From positions 62,001 to 126,000 of the forward strand of contig CATNEN010000041.1 of assembly GCA_950097015.1 (NCBI GenBank): a stretch of 64,000 nt of DNA, read 5' to 3'. The notes under the pieces were generated by a model. It did no database searches and was not told the origin of the DNA. It saw only the letters and a list, made by a program, of their open reading frames with translations. The position numbers were made by a program, and so were the translations under genes. The stretch comes from Macrostomum hystrix. Its lineage: Eukaryota; Animalia; Platyhelminthes. Positions 60,234-64,000 of the stretch are shown here, piece by piece (within the stretch, counting starts at the first letter, position 1; every line of letters starts with the position of its first letter).

Positions 60234-61001
60234 ATGGTTTCGGCAGTGAAAATCGGGCTTTTGTCAGCTTTGCTTCTTCTCCGTAAGTTATTAATTTGAT
60301 GCTGAAGGATTTTTTCGCGATAGATCGACGACTTATATTGATTGCGGAGCAGTTTTGTGCAGGAGCTCTTTGGTTTGGCTGCTGTATAACGGCTTGCTTC
60401 CAATGGGTCATTTCGCCTTTTGACAGTGACAGGTGTGCTCAGGTGCCTGAGAATTGTTACGCGTCATAATAATCATTTACAGGGACTGAAGACACTGACG
60501 CAGCAGTCAGTAAGGAGACAACTTAGCTCATTCCGCTGACTTCTGACTCATGTACACGGATACAGACTCACATGTGTGTGTACATCTGCCCCGACTCCTT
60601 CATCGTCAGGCAGTGTACACGGGGTTGGCCCTTCGGGGTTGGCCCTCATGGGCATTCTCTCCTCGGCTGTGCCACAACTGAATTATTCATTTTTCGAACT
60701 CAGAGACATTAGTGTGAGATCCCAATAGACTGCTCAAATCCTCACGGAGAGCAAATCGAGCGCGTCCAATCTCACATCTCTCATGTCCCAGTCACAGATT
60801 AGCAATCCAGCCCGCACCAACCATCCCGCAGTGGACGGCGCCTCGGCCTGCAACTCGAGCATCCAGTGTCACGACTCGGGCGAATACTGCCGCTTCGACT
60901 GGGACTGCTGCAGCTCCGTGTGCGAGTCCATCTTGTCTAAAGGCGCTGACAGGCGCGATAGAGAAACTCGAGACAAACTTCATAGAAGCAAGTGCCTATG
61001 A
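60234..61001 (+). CDS. Secreted cysteine-rich knottin-like peptide 2 (72 aa)
   Basis: Exon 60234-60282 (MVSAVKIGLLSALLLL, donor GTAAGT, phase 1) plus 60832-61001 (LDGASA-CNSSIQCHDSGEYCRFDWDCCSSVCESILSKGADRRDRETRDKLHRSKCL*). Confidence 0.8.
60466..60680 (-). mobile_element. Old, divergent partial copy of the SINE in the intron of knottin-like gene 2
   Basis: Contains gctcattccgctgact and gtacatctgccccgactccttcatcgtcaggcagtgtacac, matching the other copies. Confidence 0.7.
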
Positions 61002-61636
61002 CAGGCAGCCCCGCAGAGTCAGCAGCAAGTCTCTTTCAGCAATCAGAATTCTCCACGAAGCTCAATCTAAGCTATCTAAATGTAAATTTAATTTACGCTC
61101 CTACTTCTGTCTGCGAAAGCGAATATTAATTTGGTAACTTCTGCTATTGATATAGGTAGTCTAAGAGTTCTCTCCCTGATTTCTTGGAAAATGTTCTATA
61201 TAAGAAATAGTACATTTTATTAGCTCGTGATATTGGCAACTGGTGTGCTTCTTTTAATCTTGCGAATTCACTTGACTTAGAACTGAGAATTTCATTTCTC
61301 TGAGCATCTGACCACACAATTTCGGTGTGGTCATTGTGGCTAAATCGCGTGTTCTTGCACTCTGCTCACTTCCTATACCAGAGAAGTGGAGCTGAAGACT
61401 ATAGGGCCTGCATCGATGCAGCTGAAATCACTGCAGCCGGTCGGCCTTAGCAACCGGGCAGTCACGTGCTGGTTCCGTTACGCATTGCGAAGCTGCTCGT
61501 GCTTCATTACGGATTCTTGGTACCTCCACTGCAGAACCCACCCATGCACTTTGAAAGCCTAGATCCCAGTCCTTTCTCAGTCCACCCGGCTTCTCGTTGT
61601 TGTCCTGATTTTGGGACCAAATCATCTAATCCATGA

Positions 61637-63573
61637 TTGATAATGCGGCTGCCGCCTACCCTCCCACCTCCGTTGTCAAGGACAACAGAGGGAACGCCTC
61701 CCATGCATAAGGAGCTCTCAGTTGTTGATGAGGCCTGCCCGGGACGGAGAAGCGGGGCGGCTCACAGGCAGAGAGCGCACTTGCGGACAAGAAGGAAACC
61801 AAACCGGGACTACTCAATGGAGGACAGCGCGGGCCGTGGCTCAGCCACCTTCCGCAAGGATTCAGCCCGGTCGTCAGCCGCCTCTTCCGCTCCCTCCTCG
61901 GCCAAGGCGGTCAAAAAGAAGCGACGCAAGTCGTCCGCGTCCTCCGCCTCCACCTCTGATTCATCCGAGGCTGGGGACCGCCGGCTGGACGAGGCTCTGC
62001 GCAAGCAAATAGGAGCGGCTCAGGACGGCAGCATGGAAGCCAATGGCTCTGCGGCTAGCCAGGAGGGTCGAGTGGAGGGATCAGCAGAATTGACTCGAGA
62101 CAAACAGCAAACTTCTGACAGCAGCAGCTCTGGTGAGGACAGCGAACCTGATAGCGGGAAGCGGAAAAGGAAGCAGAAGCTCATCAACAAGTCAGAGAAA
62201 GGAGATGCGGATCCAACTGTGGTTGCTGTTGCAAGTACAACTGTCAGCGTCAATCTAAATGCGGATGCGGATGCGGATGCGGATGCGGATGCAAATGCGG
62301 ATGCAAATGCGGATGCGGATGCAAATGCGGATGCGGATGCAAATGCGGATTGCGGATGCAAATGCGGATGCGGATGCAAATGCGGATGCGGATGCAAATG
62401 CGGATGCGGATGCAAATGCGGATGCAAATGCGGATGCAAATGCGGATACAAATGCGGATGCGGATGCAAATGCGGATGCAAATGCGGATGCAAATGCGGA
62501 TGCATATGCGAATGCGGATGCGGATGCGGATGCGGATGCAGATGCGGATGCAAATGCGGATGCGGATGCAAATGCGGATGAAAATGCGGATGCATATGCG
62601 AATGCGGATGCGGATGCAAATGCGGATGCAAATGCGGATGCGGATGCCGATGCAGATGATGATAAATCAAGTGTGAAAGTGGACACAAATTCGGATGTAG
62701 AGACCGTGCTAGGTGCGCATATCTATGCGGGTGTGGATGCCAATTCGAGCAGCCGGTCTCTGCCGCCCGCGGTGCAAAAGCAGCTCCAAGAGGCCGGCGT
62801 CATGGCCGACCAGCACCGCCTGTACTACCAGACCTATCTGCGACTCGAGATGGGCAGAGATCATGTGACCCGAGAGGACATGTACACAGCGCTTCAACTG
62901 CTAGGCCAGTGCCCGCAAAGCCAGGAAGAGGTGCGAAATATGTGTCAAAACTTTTAATTCATGGATGAAACCACATGAAAAGCTGTACATTGTATACCGT
63001 TGGCCCTCTAAGCTCAATCTATTCACGTAGATTATGGTTCTAATTCTTTCTCTAGTGCAAATGAAGAAAGTCCTATTACTAAGAATTAGAATTCGCCTCT
63101 TCTGTTCTGCCAGGTGATGCAGCAGCTGAGCGAGCACGACGGGGGTTCCCCGAACGGACGCCTGTCACTTGGCGAGTTCGCCGCATTCTGTGCCACCGTG
63201 TGCCGCAGTCGGGAGGCGGTGCGCGCAGAGCTGGAGGCCAGCTTTCGAGTCTTCGACACGGACGGCAGCGGCTACCTGGACCGTCAGGAGCTACACCGCG
63301 CTCTCTTTGGCGATGGAGACGGAGGGGAGGACTTCGAGGAGCTGGCGCGGCTCGCTGATACCAATGGTGATGGCAAGATCGACTGCGTTGGTAAGGCCTC
63401 ACAAAGTTGCTCACGAAGTGAAGAGGATGGCAATGCGTGTGATTGGCTAATGAAAGCTAACCAAGAATTCCTTCGCGACCTGACCCGCAGAGTTCTGCCG
63501 GCTGGTCACAATGGGCATCGAGGAGATGCGGGAGCAGGATGCCGCTGAAGGCAGCAAAGGATCTGGTCACTAA
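61637..63573 (+). CDS. Calmodulin-like EF-hand protein with a long low-complexity N-terminus and (AD/AN)n tract; one apparent 1-bp insertion; start uncertain (ATG at 61703 or 61817 possible)
   Basis: Exons to 62930, 63114-63390, 63491-63573 in matching phases; canonical EF loops DTDGSGYLDRQE and DTNGDGKIDCVE; frame break at GATT 62348-62351. Confidence 0.75.
62260..62655. repeat. Coding hexamer microsatellite (GCGGAT/GCAAAT)n
   Basis: About 66 six-bp units. Confidence 0.97.
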
Positions 63574-64000
63574 CGGAGACTTTTGCACAGGCCAAACTTT
63601 GTCTGGCCTATTTATTTTGTTCACCAATTTTTCAGTGATATAAGTGAATAAATGCAGTTTAATTTGCTTGCTAAAACTCATAATCTCTGCCATGTCTTGC
63701 TTTTTAACATCCAAGTACAAAGAAAAATAACTTACTGCGGGAACATCACAAAATTAACGACAGACAAACTTTATCTCTGGTCACCAAGAGAAACATTTGA
63801 GCAATCGATCAGGTAGGCTGTTTTATTTGAAAGCGGCGCTGAAATCTTGATTTCTATAAGCGCTGGGAAGAAACAATGAAGAGATGGACAGCAGCCAATA
63901 TAATGTGGCAACACTGACTGTAGTTAAAACTCGGGACATCACAGAGCCTGTTTCATTAAGAAAATTCTAGGTCTGTGGATGCCACAAGTTCGGGGAGTCG

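Noticed and set aside
62020-62688. Poly-(HP), poly-(SA) and poly-(MR/MQ) ORFs
   Set aside because: Alternative-frame and antisense readings of the GCGGAT/GCAAAT microsatellite.

Overview
Eukaryotic (invertebrate animal) genomic DNA with GC-rich exons, GT-AG introns and AT-rich intergenic DNA. The composition and intron-filling minisatellites resemble a flatworm such as Macrostomum; this is inference only. Genes in order: CIB1-like EF-hand gene (two 1-bp deletions); a possible small ORF with a PKI-like motif; an intact 14-exon clathrin heavy chain (1675 aa by my exon sum); an IFIT-like TPR gene; a 7-finger C2H2 gene; UBXN1; an orphan 2-TM protein; WDR90 (many 1-bp frameshifts); an intronless DH-domain RhoGEF; two paralogous two-exon genes for secreted 7-Cys knottin-like peptides that the ORF track does not recover whole; and a calmodulin-like protein with a long (AD/AN)n tract. 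Mobile DNA: five copies of a tRNA-derived SINE (one with a 15-bp TSD), piggyBac and LINE remnants, a long-TIR foldback element, and a non-autonomous Helitron carrying a nested hAT-type MITE. Many introns carry their own 17-31 bp minisatellite, including about 26 tandem copies of a clathrin exon-end/5' splice site. No rRNA, true tRNA or CRISPR array was seen. All assignments rest on recalled motifs and manual reading, not database searches.
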